Assembly: GCA_964016885.1 (NCBI GenBank)
Contig: OZ024746.1
Span: 44,454,001-44,518,000 of the forward strand
Length of the DNA stretch: 64,000 nt
Reading direction: 5' to 3'
Source: Eledone cirrhosa
Lineage: Eukaryota
The translations under genes and the position numbers were made by a program. The notes under the pieces were generated by a model. That model did no database searches, had not been told where the DNA came from, and worked only from the letters and a program-made list of their open reading frames with translations. The first letter of the stretch is position 1. Every line of letters starts with the position of its first letter. Below are positions 42,501 through 55,899 of this stretch, one piece after another.

Positions 42501-45123
42501 CGATTAACTGATTATGTTATATAGACGATTATATTTTAGTGAATAAACTCTCAGCATAACTACATGATGGTAGTTGCAATCATGCCTAGATTTAGTTATA
42601 TTTATCTAAGACCGTATTACTCCTGGTCAAATGCCATAACTACCATTATCATTATCACTATTGTTTAGGCATAGTATATCTGTGTCTAAATTATCCAATG
42701 AGATATTCATCTCAAGAACGTGATGTATGATTCAATATATGAGCCCCTACGTTTAAGGTATTTAATATATTCTCAACATCATTTTATTTGATGTTTTTTG
42801 TTTGAATTTTATATTTAAAAAATAATTCACACAAATTTATGTGTTTACATATTTGACTATATATTTAAAATTGCACATTGTATTTAGTTACTGGCTTTAT
42901 TAAATACCATTGTGTCTAATTTGTAGCTGAATTAATGTATATGTTTATCTGTAAAGTTTACAGTATAGCGAACACAAGAGAGTTATACAGTGTAACTATG
43001 TACATTAATTATTTTAAAATGTATACGTTGCGGCATTGTTGATGTCATTAACTTATTAAACATTTTCTATACTTGTAATATCTATTCACGAAACAAATGT
43101 CAACAATATCAATAGCATATTTAATTTTATATCTCCTTGTTCATTACGTCCGCTAGTTGTTTTGTTTATAGACAAAATATATTCCGAAACCGATACAAAA
43201 ACAAACAAAACAAACGCAATAATGCACTTGATTTCGAGGATTTGTTTTGAGAAAAAAATCTTTCCAATACATTAGAATGTGTGGTGGACTCCAGTGGTTT
43301 CTTGTCTTTTCTTCCCCTCTCCATAACTTTAAATCACGTTGCAACCAAAATACCCTCAGAGAAATAAATAACCTTATTGTTATTTTGAGTATTATTCCGT
43401 CTCTATAATTTCAACTTCCTACCTATGCTATCAAGCTTATAATTTTCACGTTTGAATGATTAAATTCCTCGAACGCATGCAGCTTAACTTCCACTATAAC
43501 AATTTCGGATTGATAAAACAAATAGGAAAAATAATGTATGAATTGACAAAAATACGTTTACATTAATGTTGGGTAGATATCAAAAATATATTACAGTTTA
43601 TTATTGTCATTTTTACAGAATTATTTTGCTGTTTTCTCACGTGTTTTCATCAAGTGACATTCAACAACTTGATAGCATTTTAGCTTTAGTTACTGCTGTT
43701 CACATTCATGAAATACTTTATACAAGAAAGGGCAGAATTCTACTTAAACTGGTGGTGTCAATACAAAGCGAAAGTGAGAGGAACCGAGAGAAATAGATAA
43801 GAAATATAATAAAAAGGAAGTAAAAGATAAATTATATAATGATGAATAATATGAGATGACAGGTTCGTTACTTCCTACAAGTGATATTCGGAATATAATT
43901 TTTTTCTGAATAGAGTGAATTTTATAAAAAGAAACGAAAAGTAATATTCCCACCAGACAGATTCATGAGGGAAATGCTCCCGTCACTTGATGTCAGAGTT
44001 CAACCAGAAACATTACAGCTATCAAATTTGGCAATTTGTTGTACTGAAGTGTAAAGATACGATGCTGTCTCAAAGAACTTTATGAAAAATACGTATATTC
44101 TTTTGATAGATCTGAAAAAAAGAACGAAATCTGGATTTCCCTTTATTGTATCATTTGGCATAGTTGATTGCATTTGAAAACATCCGCAAATTGAAAAAAA
44201 AAAGTTTGTAAAGGTTATAAAACATTAAATGTTACTGAGAGACAGTGAATATATAGCAGACGCGTATACATTGTGACAATTGCATTACATTATTAAATGT
44301 CATGATTTGGAAGAGCCGAAATGTTTGTGTAATATAAGGATTTTACAAATACTGTGGATGAACCAGTTGTTTTGTAAACTAATACAACCACTAAATCTTT
44401 GGATTATCCATCTATTACTTTCAGAGCTACAAAACGGAAATAATTGAGTGAACTGGGTGAATTATACACAGTTGATTCTTAATACGTTTGTTTTAAATAT
44501 ATTATGGTATGATGTGCTACCTTAGTGGAAATACGATTTATACGGTTAACGGAATTTGCGACGTTCTAACATTTCAAAAGATCACTGATACATAAATCAA
44601 GCGCTCTAAATGAAACAAAGGATGTAAACCAATTGGTAAGCACAAGATGCCTATCTCCTACCTAATATATTCGTAAGTCACAAAATACTGGTTTCTCTTT
44701 TTACATGAAAAGTTAATTGGCTTTAATCCTTCATTGTGAGGTTGAAAGTCAAGTTAATCCTAACACCATGTGAACAAGCAATAGGGAATTAGTGAAATTG
44801 TATACAAGAGTCATTTTGTTCTCTAATTTAGCGACTTATAATCCAATATTATAAGAAGACAAACTCAAATATATATAAATGCGGGCTTGCTGAAAGTGGA
44901 AAAGGAATAGTTCAAATTATCGGAGGTTAGTCCTTCGACGGGAGCAGTAACGGTTAGAGAATTGAAAGTTGAAAGATGGGGGTAAAAGGAAAACAAATGA
45001 TTATCAGGATGGATGTTGAGCGGGTAAATAGTCCTCCGTGTGAGGGGGTATAGTGAGATAATGGGAGATAATGGTGGAGCGTCCAGAGACTTATCAACGG
45101 TAATTATATGTGTATACAGATGT

Positions 45124-45208
<85 letters not shown>

Positions 45209-45355
45209 CATGCATACATATGTATATTGGACAGAAAAAGAAGAAGAACAAAAAACAAAACAAAGATTACCAGGTAACTTACTTTTCTTTAGTTCATCTT
45301 ACAGTCCAGATATTATATTCAATGCAAACTACAATATTTTATTATATATATAAAG

Positions 45356-45541
45356 GGCGGTGAATTGGCAGAATCGGTAGAGGGTTGGACGCCATGCTTT
45401 CTAGCATAGTTACGTCCCTTTACAGTCTGAGTTCAAATCCCGCCGAGGTTAACTTTGCCTTTCATCCTTACGGGTCGATAAAATAAAGTACCAGTAATGA
45501 ACTGGATAATTGCTGGCCTTGTGCCTAAAGTAGAAACAATT
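45356..45541 (+). mobile_element. tRNA-derived Nin-domain SINE
   Basis: A box TGGCAGAATCGG (45367), B box GAGTTCAAATCC (45429), GCCTTTCATCCTTACGGGTCGATAAA. Confidence 0.88.
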
Positions 45542-45839
45542 ATATATATGAGTGAGCTTAGATAAGATGATAATACAACCATATGAAGGCAAATAACATT
45601 TTAAAGATGAAGGTGATTTTATAGTCCACAGAAAGATAGCTAAGAGACAATCCAGAGTTTAATCCTATCAGTAAATGTCTAAATGACGGTAGTTTTACGA
45701 TCTCACCGAGCATATATGTAATGGAATAAGTACTAACAAGGATTTATATTAAATCAGTTAATTGATTGACGTTGGTCTCGTTAAAATAACTGGAATATTT
45801 CAGTTATAATAATCTCATCACAATCGACTAAATTCAAAT

Positions 45840-46031
45840 AATTGTTTCTACTTTTGACACAAGGCCAGCAATTAACCAGTACATTACTTGTACTTTATTT
45901 TATCTACCACGTAAGGATGAAAGGCAAAGTTAACCTCGGCGGGATTTGAACTCAGATCATAAAGGGACGTAACTCTATGCTTCAAAGCATTGTGTCCGAC
46001 TCTCTATCGATACTGCCAATCCACTTCACCA
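45840..46031 (-). mobile_element. tRNA-derived Nin-domain SINE
   Basis: Reverse-complement homologue of 45356-45541. Confidence 0.85.
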
Positions 46032-46233
46032 TTTTATGTCCATAAAATGATCAAACCTCTGCCATAATTTTATTGACATATAACAGTAAGTATCATTTGT
46101 ATTATAACAGGATATGACAAGATTATAACAGGAATGGAATATTTCAGTAGTTTTAACTAAACTATAATTAAATAAATTAAATGATTTAATTTAAATCTTT
46201 GTTAATGCTTATTCTTATACACATGTGCGTGTG

Positions 46234-46276
<43 letters not shown>

Positions 46277-46279
<3 letters not shown>

Positions 46280-46981
46280 AAAGAATAGAGGTGTAACACA
46301 CAAGTTATTATATATTGGTAAACGGAATAGAAAATGCTGACAAATTGTTCACAGTTGAAAAATGGTTTAATTAGGAATAAAAGAGTATTAGTGATTGATT
46401 GGGTTAGTATTCAGTTGTGGTTTTAAGTTTTTAAGTTTTGACACACATCGCTGCTAACCATTATCACAACATCGAACACCTTACTACTACTACTACACAC
46501 ACACACACACACACACACATATTTGTTGTGAAAGAGTCATTTCTCAATCTTGGCGCAAAACCAATTTTTTATTCACATGACCTCTACCGACAAATCAAAA
46601 TTGTTTTGACCACAATAATTTTTGCTGGAGCCACTTTTTTAACATAAAAACAGTCTTGGCGCAAAATCAATTTTTTACATTCACATGACCTCTACCGACC
46701 AATCAAAATTGTTTTGACCACAAGAATTTTTGCAAATTGGAGCCACTTTTTTAACATAAAAACAGGTAGAATTCCCAAAACTAATCAGATCAGAGCAAAC
46801 AGCACGGACACTCTATCTCAAAATTATTTTTGAAAAGCATTTAGAAATGCGCAACCGGTAAAAACTTAAAAACTTAAAACCACAACTGAATACTAACCCA
46901 TACAATCACTAATACTCTTTTATTCCTAATTAAACCATTTTTCAACTGTGAACAATTTGTCAGCATTTTCTATTCCGTTTA

Positions 46982-46990
<9 letters not shown>
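46277..46990. mobile_element. PLE family C pseudo-LTR (46438-46990, plus) with an inverted terminal piece (46277-46437)
   Basis: Direct repeat of 52441-53010, including an internal tandem duplication of about 110-120 bp. Confidence 0.85.
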
Positions 46991-47040
<50 letters not shown>

Positions 47041-47044
<4 letters not shown>

Positions 47045-47217
47045 GTAGAACACTGGAAGGTGATATCCGTAGTGGTAGAGCACTCAGTCCATGGGACGAG
47101 TTCGGTAGAAGTGTTACACAACAGTTAGTTCACCATACCGAGAACAATTGTTTCACCTTAGCGGATCATCATCTCGTAATGGTCATGGTTATATGGAACG
47201 GGAAGGACAACCGTGCG

Positions 47218-47220
<3 letters not shown>
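47041..47220 (-). mobile_element. Small HHR-bearing element (family E) in (TA)n
   Basis: RC of 47139-47176: CGAG-AUGAUGA-UCCGCUAAGGU-GAAA-CAAUUG-UU-CUCG. Confidence 0.7.
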
Positions 47221-47270
<50 letters not shown>

Positions 47271-47275
<5 letters not shown>

Positions 47276-47450
47276 AAAACGTATGATGCCGACGGCAGAG
47301 CTCAAGCCGTTTCGACGGCTATTTCCGTCGAAACGGCTTGAGATCTGCCGTGGGGGTCATACTTTTTCCTATTTCCCACTCTACAACCCTAAGTATTGAG
47401 TACTCTGGTGCGTTATGGTCCTGCTGGTTCCTTACCACAATTCCTTTGTT
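47271..47450. mobile_element. Small fold-back insert in (TA)n; related to 12415-12590
   Basis: Imperfect palindrome 47271-47372 with loop CTATTT; shares GAGTACTCAAT and GAAAC-G/C-GCTTG with the 12.4-12.6 kb insert. Confidence 0.6.
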
Positions 47451-47469
47451 ATATATATATATATATATA

Positions 47470-48259
47470 ACTCCATTCTCTGCCCCAAATTCAAACAATG
47501 GGTACACAAGAGATGTTGAGGGGATCTCAGGAAACTTAATTAAGAATGTAGGCTTCACATGCAGCAGCTGTACTGGGAAAGCAAGCAGCAAACAGCCACA
47601 GAAAACAAGTACCACCAATCTCTGGGAGGGCTCTGTAGAAACAGTAGACAGCTTCTGCTACCTAGGTGACCGAATTAGCAGCGGAGGTGGGTGTTCAGAA
47701 AGTACAATAACTAGGGTAAGAACGGGATGGAAGAAGTTTAGGGAACTACTACCACTGCTAGCTGCAAAAGGCTTCTCCATCAAAATGAAAGGCAGACTGT
47801 ATGATGCGTGTATCCGAACAGCGATGATGCATGGTAGTGAGACCTCGGATGAGGTGATAAAAGCCGACCTTAACCAATTACACCTCTCAAAGGCGATGAC
47901 ACACGACCGTGACCTCTGGCGTCACGCAGTAATACAGAGTACCCGACCTCCCATGGGTACAAGCTGAAGCATATAGACAATATGCCCCCACACACCCCAC
48001 TGCAAGGTGGTCGTGGAGGTGCCACGGCAAAAAAGCACCCAGCCCACACTGTAAAGTGGATGTGTAGGCGCCACGAAAAAGCACCCAGCACTCACTGTAA
48101 ATGAGGTTGGTGTTAGGAAGGGCATCCAGCTCTAGAAATCAAGCCAGATCAGTTCCTGTATGAGCAAGGCATGGTCAGCCGACCAGACACCGCCTACAAC
48201 AGGACAACCCGTCTAAACCATGCTAGCATGGAAGAACGGACGTAAAACGGTGATGATGA

Positions 48260-48262
<3 letters not shown>
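47470..48262 (+). mobile_element. RTE-clade LINE 3' fragment with internal deletion, a Meta-like SINE segment and a (GAT)n tail
   Basis: VETVDSFCYLGD...GWKKFRELLPLL...KGRLYDACIRTAMMHGSET...DRDLWR; then TTAGGAAGGGCATCCAGC and CATGCTAGCATGGAA...GATGATGAT. Confidence 0.85.
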
Positions 48263-48307
<45 letters not shown>

Positions 48308-48308
48308 T

Positions 48309-48346
<38 letters not shown>

Positions 48347-48350
<4 letters not shown>

Positions 48351-51300
48351 GCGATCCTACAGGAACTCAAGAAAATCAACACCAACCTATCTTTGCTGGT
48401 CGATAAACTTGACTCCACAAATAAGGAAACCGCCACCGGATACAAACCCTCCGAAATCGGCGACAAACTCCAAAACCTTTGCGATACTATCCAAATTATG
48501 TTCACTACAACCAATCCAGGAAAAACCAACGAAGAACCATGTGAGATTGATTCATACAAAATGAAAATTCGAACAATTCCAAAATGGAACAAATCCCTCA
48601 GAGACAGAAAGTTCTCATTCTGGAAGATGATACAAAATCACAACAAAGCAGAGATATATGAAAAATGGCTTAACTCAACCCCTCTAACTCTCCCCCGTAA
48701 ACTAGAAATAAAGACCATTCCAAATGAACCCGAACCTCAAAGACACCTTAGGGAAAGAATGGCATTGGAAAAAATGAAGACAGAAATTGAACTTCTTAAA
48801 CTGAGGGCGCAGACAAATGAGGAAAAAATCAAACCATCGATGAAGAGATCCTCCTGGAAATCAACAACAAAACTGAAGGCCCCAAAGTAGAGAAGATCTC
48901 CAAATTATGGAAAGGGGACTGCAACAGAGAAGAACTGAAATCCCTTCAACGCTGGGAAAAAATTGCCGCTTGGTTCCTACACTATGAATCGACTTTTCAA
49001 ACGGATTACACCTCCAATAACCCGTTCATAAAAATAGGAAAACCCATAACTGAACCGCACAACAACTTCTCAAACCCCCAAGCCACTAACAAACGAAGAA
49101 GGAAGCACCACACCGAAGATGAACTTCCCAACCTCGCTACCATAAGAAGGAACACAAACCCAAGAAATCATCTCCCCCAGAATGACATTTACAACTTTCC
49201 CCCTTCAAGGAGACACCATACCAAATCACTCAACTACTACGCGGATGCCTCATCGTCAAACATAGGGAAAAGATACCACCACCATGATAGATGTAACAAT
49301 TTCTCCGCTTCAAGGGGACAGCAAGGTAATTACCATTTTCTCAACTCTCGCTTCCACCATACACAACAAACCCACACCAAACGATACAACGAACAACGTA
49401 GGCCACAATACAACATGGCACATAGAAACACACACGCATACTCGCAGTACAGGAACACCCCATTCAATCTACAACCACCAACCCGAACCACATTTTACAA
49501 CAACAAGGAATATAACAAACACAGGAGACCACTTAACATCAGCAGGCAACCCCTCTATCCCAACCATTTTTTAGACACAGCACACAGATACAAGCAAACA
49601 AAATAACACAAGACAGGGAGGAGAAACCGATAGTAATAAAAATTATCAATCTTCCTAGTGCAGAACCAACACCCAACCTTATCAACTTACTCTCCAAAGG
49701 TCTTAAATTCACACCGACCCCACTACGTCCTAACTACTATGAAATGAAAGAAGACATCACAGACTTCTGTAGAAAGTTACGACTTAGTGAACATCTATTC
49801 GACCAGTACAATGAGGATGAATCATTAGCCAGAAATAGAAGCAATTACACCCCTTCAAAAGGTAGAAATAAAATCCTGGACGAATTCTGTGAACACATCA
49901 CAAACTTCCCTTACCAACACTTGCACAGACAAAAACACAAGCCAAACCTCAACAAGAAAGAATGGGAAGAATTAAATAGATTAAAAACCGACAGAACCAT
50001 TACAATTAAAGAGGCTGATAAAGGGAGTACAGTAGTCTTAATGGAGACAGAATTATATATCAACTTAGCGCTCTCCACTTTGGAAAACGAAACATACTAC
50101 GAAAAGGCTGAACACTACAATCAACAGAAAATTATGAGAAACCTAAAAACTCTAATCAACCAATACAAAGAAGGACTCACTAACAAGGAATTCAGCTTCA
50201 TCACAGACTTCACAAGTAAATCCAGCCTTTTCTACGGTATCCCTAATATACATAAAAGCGAATTAATAGGAAGCCACAGACATAGTCATCAATGTCCCCT
50301 CACCCAATGATCTCACATTAAGACCTATAATAGCAGGCCCCGCTTGCGAAACCCACCGCCTTAGCAACTTCATTGATACCCTTCTCAAACCCTTTCTCAA
50401 ACACATCAAAAGCTATATAAGGGACGACCTAGATATGCTCAATCACCTCCCTAATATGCCACTTTCTGAACAAACCCTACTAGTGACGTTCGATGTAGTC
50501 AACCTATACTCCAACATCCCCCAAAACCTAGGAATAGAAGCTATCCAATTCTGGCTGGATAATTTCCACAATGAACTCCCACAACGCATCAAAAAAGAAT
50601 TCGTGATAGAGGGACTCAAATTCATCTTGGAGAACAATTACTTCGTTTTCAATAACAAACCCTACAGGCAGAAATCTGGGACCGCTATGGGAACGAAAAC
50701 AGCCCCCACTTAAGCCAACCTAGTCATGGGATACCTGGAAATCACCCTCTACACTAAAGTCCTAAACAAATTTGGAAACACTTTCCACTTACACATTGAA
50801 AGGAACTGGAAGCGATATCTAGATGACTGCTTCATCCTTTGGCACGAAAACATCGAAAAACTTAAAGAATTTCACACCCTTATAAATGGGCTCAACACGA
50901 ATATTAACTTCACGATGGAATACAGCCATCAACAACTCCCCTTCCTCGACATCCTCATTAAGATCCATAACAAAAAAATAGAAACAGACATATACTACAA
51001 GCCCACAGACTCCAAGCAATATCTCCCTTTCAACTCTTGCCACCCTAGACACGTTAAAATTAATATTCCCTACAACTTAGCCAAGAGAATCTGTACTATA
51101 GTCTCCAATAAAAACACCTGCTACTTACGGCTACAAGAACTAAAGGACACACTCATAGGCAGGGACTACCCTGCATCACTAATTGACAATGGAATCCAAC
51201 GTGCCCTAAAACTCAGTACCCAGGACCTTAGACACCCTAAAGTAAATCAACCGATACTAAAAGCTCTTCCATACATCTCCACACACAACCCCCTCAACAA

Positions 51301-52031
51301 TGAGGCCTTTGACACCATTCTCCAGAACATCCCTGTGTTGAAAAAGGACCATAGAATGAACCAAATGCTACGAACACTCGATATCATGAAGAGCAAAAGA
51401 CAATCCAAGTCAATGAAAAACATCCTAACACATGCCAAAGTACTGCCAACCACAACAACGAAACCCACAGTAAAAAAAATGCGATAGACCCAACTGTGGC
51501 ATTTGCATCAACCTAATAGAGGGTTCGGAATTCTATTTCAAAAAAGGACAACGTTTTATAGTAAAACACAATTTCACATGTGCATCGGAAAATCTAATAT
51601 ATGTATTAACTTGCTCAGGTTGTCGAGAACAATACATAGGCCAGACCAAAAAAAGCCTCCGCCAACGCATGACTGTCCATAGATCCCAAATTAAAATACG
51701 GGAATACAGGAAAATACCACTGAGTGAACACATTGATACCTGTGCCGCCCAAAATCATCCCAACTTCAGAATCTTTCCCCTCTACAAATGTAAAAATAAT
51801 GCCACCCACACCCAGCGCATCAGCAATGAATCTTACTTCATTAACAAATACGGACCCCGTCTAAACACTTCTCCCTAAGACGAACCCACAACATACACAC
51901 GTCAACATACATACCTATATCAGCACACATCTCTACCCACATATAAACACAATGACATACGTAAACACACATGCTCTATGGTGCAACACAAAAAAATATA
52001 TGTGTATATATATGTATGTATGTATATGTAG

Positions 52032-52084
<53 letters not shown>

Positions 52085-53010
52085 AATATCATTTCACACC
52101 TTTTATTAAGATTTTTTATGTTCTATTAAGAGAACCGATTTTACTGAAAAAATCGAATAATGTACACCATTTTACCAGGGGGGAAAAATACTGGTCCACC
52201 CACACAGACACACACACATTCTCACACACACACACACACATACACACGCGTACATTAACATACAAAGAGACTTATACACACACACACACATTTCTCCGTA
52301 TAAGACAAAAGCTGAAAAATATCTTTTGACATGCTAAAATACCCCCCACTGCTTACAGACACATTTCTACTGACCATCCCTGCTACCACGAATTACTCTG
52401 CTATACACACACACACACACACACTTATCTTAATAACCATTTGACACACATCCTGCTAACCATTACCACAACATCGAACACCTTACTACTACTACACACA
52501 CACACACACACACATATTTGTTGTGAAAGAGTCATTTCTCAGTCTTAGCGCAAAATCAATTTTTTATTCACATGACCTCTACCGACCAATCAAAATTGTT
52601 TTGACCACAAGAATTTTTGCAAACACCAAGTAGCGCTGGAGCCACATTTTTAACATAAAAACAGTCTTGGCGCAAAATCAATTGTTTACATTCACATGAC
52701 CTCTACCGACCAATCAAAATTGTTTTGACCACAAGAATTTTTGCAACACCAAAGTAGCGCTGGAGCCACTTTGTTAACATAAAAACAGGTAGAATTCCCA
52801 AAACTAATCAGATCAGAGCAAACAACACGGACACTCTATGTCAAAATTATTTTTGAAAAGCATTTAGAAATGCGCAACCGGTAAAAACTTAAAAACTTAA
52901 AACCACAACTGAATACTAACCCATACAATTACTAATACTCTTTTATTCCTAATTAAACCATTTTTCAACTGTGAACAATTTGTCAGCATTTTCTATTCCG
53001 TTTACCAATA
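48347..53010 (+). mobile_element. PLE family C (Neptune-like): degenerate RT-GIY-YIG ORF 48347-51878 plus 3' pseudo-LTR
   Basis: LLSKGLKFTPTP, ADKGS, FYGIPNIHK, LRPII, TFDVVNLYSNIP, QKSGTAMG, RYLDD, LPFLD, YYKPTD, CDRPNCGIC linker, NLIYVLTCSGCREQYIGQT; has frameshifts and a TAA at 50711. Confidence 0.92.
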
Positions 53011-53013
53011 TAT

Positions 53014-53065
<52 letters not shown>

Positions 53066-53157
53066 CATATATATATGTGCATATATATATATATATATAT
53101 ATTATACATATATATATGTACATATATATATATATATATTATACATATATATATGTA

Positions 53158-53209
<52 letters not shown>

Positions 53210-53242
53210 CTCGCTTACATACCACACATGGTATGTAAGCGA

Positions 53243-53289
<47 letters not shown>

Positions 53290-53949
53290 GTGTGTGTATG
53301 TGTTGTTTTATTGTATGCATTTTCTTACAACATCGCGAATTTCTTACAACATCATGCAATTCCTTACAAATGCATTCACACACGTTGATGTTTACATAAT
53401 CGCACACAATATCTCTCACATTAAATTACATATATACACTCACATATGGAGACATATATAATCACTACAACTAACCGCACGCTACTTTCCTTCAGTAGAT
53501 ATCCGATAATAACTTCCCACATTACACACTCCTCTCTGCTAGAAACTATTAACGCTTGCTCACTTCCTGTACGCCATAAGTTGTCATGCTTCGTACTCAA
53601 TAAACCATAATTTAGGTATTTCGTCTCATGCTTTTTCCATTCGATTCTTCTACCTTTTATTCTGACAGAGAACAATTGCCCGAAAATTAATGTCGCTTCT
53701 TTTCCTTCACGCCGTACAACAATGTGTCTACACTCTCATCCATAAGATTCATTGTTATCGTTTTCCCGTCTTGCTCGTAATTTACCCAATATATATATAT
53801 ACATATGACCAAAGATTAATATGATTCGTTGATTACTCAATGAATACAATTTTACAATAGATTAAAAGCACTCAAACTTATTTTGTTGAGCAAATATTCG
53901 CCTGAATCACTACTATGGTTCATAGTATTAGTTTGGCTACTGTCGTTTT

Positions 53950-54384
53950 AACACCCCCATTCCTCACTGATTAACCTCGATGTCACGTGATTGATTCTTT
54001 TGAATTTGCCACTGACCAGGAAGGCAGGGAAATTTTCAATGTTTGGAATTTAGTCCGAGCTTGCTTTTTTCCATCCACTGAATTATTTTTGTATAAGTTC
54101 CCTGTGTCCGCGTATTGCCAGGAATCTTAGCCGAGAATGTCTCCCTGAATAAGAAAGGATTCCCCATTGTCTCCCTTGGCGACTATGTATATCCCCTTTC
54201 AGAAACTAATTAGTTGGAGTGAAAATTAAGTAAGTTAATTACTATAATTCTGTTATTTTACGTCTTTTATATAATTGTTCTACATCTCTTTGTATTGAAC
54301 CAGAAAGTTTCTAAGACAAAACCTATATCTTTGCTAGCGTAAGTATACATCTGTATACATATGTTGGTAGATTTACTAATTCTT

Positions 54385-54385
<1 letters not shown>
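53950..54385 (+). mobile_element. Diverged copy of family F with a hammerhead-shaped motif at 54141-54219
   Basis: Aligns by eye to 32450-32897; CUCC-CUGAAUA-AGAAAGG...CCUUUCA-GAAA-CUAAUUAG-UU-GGAG. Confidence 0.8.
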
Positions 54386-54447
<62 letters not shown>

Positions 54448-54522
54448 GTCTAATGGTAGCTAAGATGCTTCCATAGGCGGTATGCCGGTTGAGCACTCTA
54501 TGCTCTTACAGAGCAGAGTATG

Positions 54523-54747
54523 ATAGAATAGAAAACGAAAAATCAGTGATGCATCTGAACTCAATTTATTGTTTATTACAATTGTTTCGCCGGCGGACAG
54601 CTCGAGACGCGATCATTGTGTGGATCTGTCCGTCGAACCTGCGGGTCCAGAATCAAACAGATCCACACAATAAACGCGTCTCGGCGAAGCAATTGTAACA
54701 CATAATAAATTAAGTTCAGATGCCTCACTGAATTTTCGTTTTCTATT

Positions 54748-54749
<2 letters not shown>
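54523..54749. repeat. Imperfect fold-back element of about 225 bp
   Basis: Arms GAATAGAAAACGAAAA...GTGTGGATCTG and CAGATCCACAC...TTTTCGTTTTCTATTC. Confidence 0.8.
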
Positions 54750-54827
<78 letters not shown>

Positions 54828-55022
54828 GAAAACAGCGAGAAAAAGACGATTATTAGGAAGATAAATATAATGTTTTCCCTTTTCATTTATTTCTCTCTTT
54901 TTTGTGGGTTAGAAAATGATTAAAACGAAATATTTTACTTTGTATGAAGTGTTAATGTATTAGTTGATTTATTTATTAATAAAAAATGACATTTATTTAT
55001 TTATTTATATATTTAATAATTG

Positions 55023-55059
<37 letters not shown>

Positions 55060-55289
55060 CCACTGTGAAACCATAATATCTAGAAATAAGTCTATATTCT
55101 CATAGTGGGGATGGTCAAACCCATTGTCCAGGCATCGATTAGGGGTAGTATTAAGGCCTATTGAAACTCATATTCTGCCAGCACCACTAAATTTCGGCTA
55201 GCTCTCACTCGAGTATAATTTAACAGTCTCATATTGCAAACCTGGACAGGGTGGTCGTTTGGTAGTGGGGGGGGGGGGGGGGGGTATGC

Positions 55290-55820
55290 CTAGGCCAGTT
55301 TTTGGTGAGTTTGGTGTAGTGGATAGTCAGCTTTCGTTTGCGCCTGCCAGAATTGCGGAGGTGAATTGTTGACCACAGCGGAACGGGCAGGCGAGTCAAG
55401 AACACACGCCTTATCGTTTCTCTTTGGATTGCTTTGGGAACGTAACGTTATTATATATGAAGCTGTCTGATGATATAACGGAATGGGTACACGGAATCGT
55501 GTGGCCACTGTCGTCATTGAAATATACATCACAGCATTACCAATAAAGGAGTTTAACACCTGAAACTACTTCGTATCTTCTCATTCTTGATATATTCCGT
55601 TTTTCCTATGTGGAATAAAATACGTCGAGTGCTTGATTGATTTGCAATCATGTTTGCCGTAAGATATATATATATATCTTATGGCAAATATTGATGCAAT
55701 TCAAATCAAGCACTCGACGCATTTTATTCCACATAGGAAAAACGGAATATATCAAGAATGAGAAGATGCGAAGTAGTTTCAGGTGTTAAAGTCCTTTACT
55801 GTGATACATATTTCAATATA
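55290..55820. mobile_element. HHR-bearing element with a tail-to-tail inverted copy around a central (TA)n; hammerhead at 55462-55535 (plus)
   Basis: GCUGU-CUGAUGA-UAUAACG...CGUCAUU-GAAA-UAUACA-UC-ACAGC; arms at about 55516-55661 and 55678-55818. Confidence 0.8.
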
Positions 55821-55899
55821 TATATATATATATCATAATAATATTAATAATAACAACAACAACAACAACAACAACAATAATAATAATAATAATAATAAT

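Noticed and set aside
50308-50713. Programmed readthrough or Sec at stops in the family C ORF
   Set aside because: The TGA at 50308 follows a frameshifting deletion and the TAA at 50711 replaces a conserved Tyr; this is ordinary decay.
53655-53700. CTGACAGA...GCCC-GAAA-ATTAAT motif
   Set aside because: There is an extra base in the core, stem II is broken and no cleavage triplet or stem I is present.
55266-55283. Poly-G run as a functional G-quadruplex
   Set aside because: A simple homopolymer with no supporting context.
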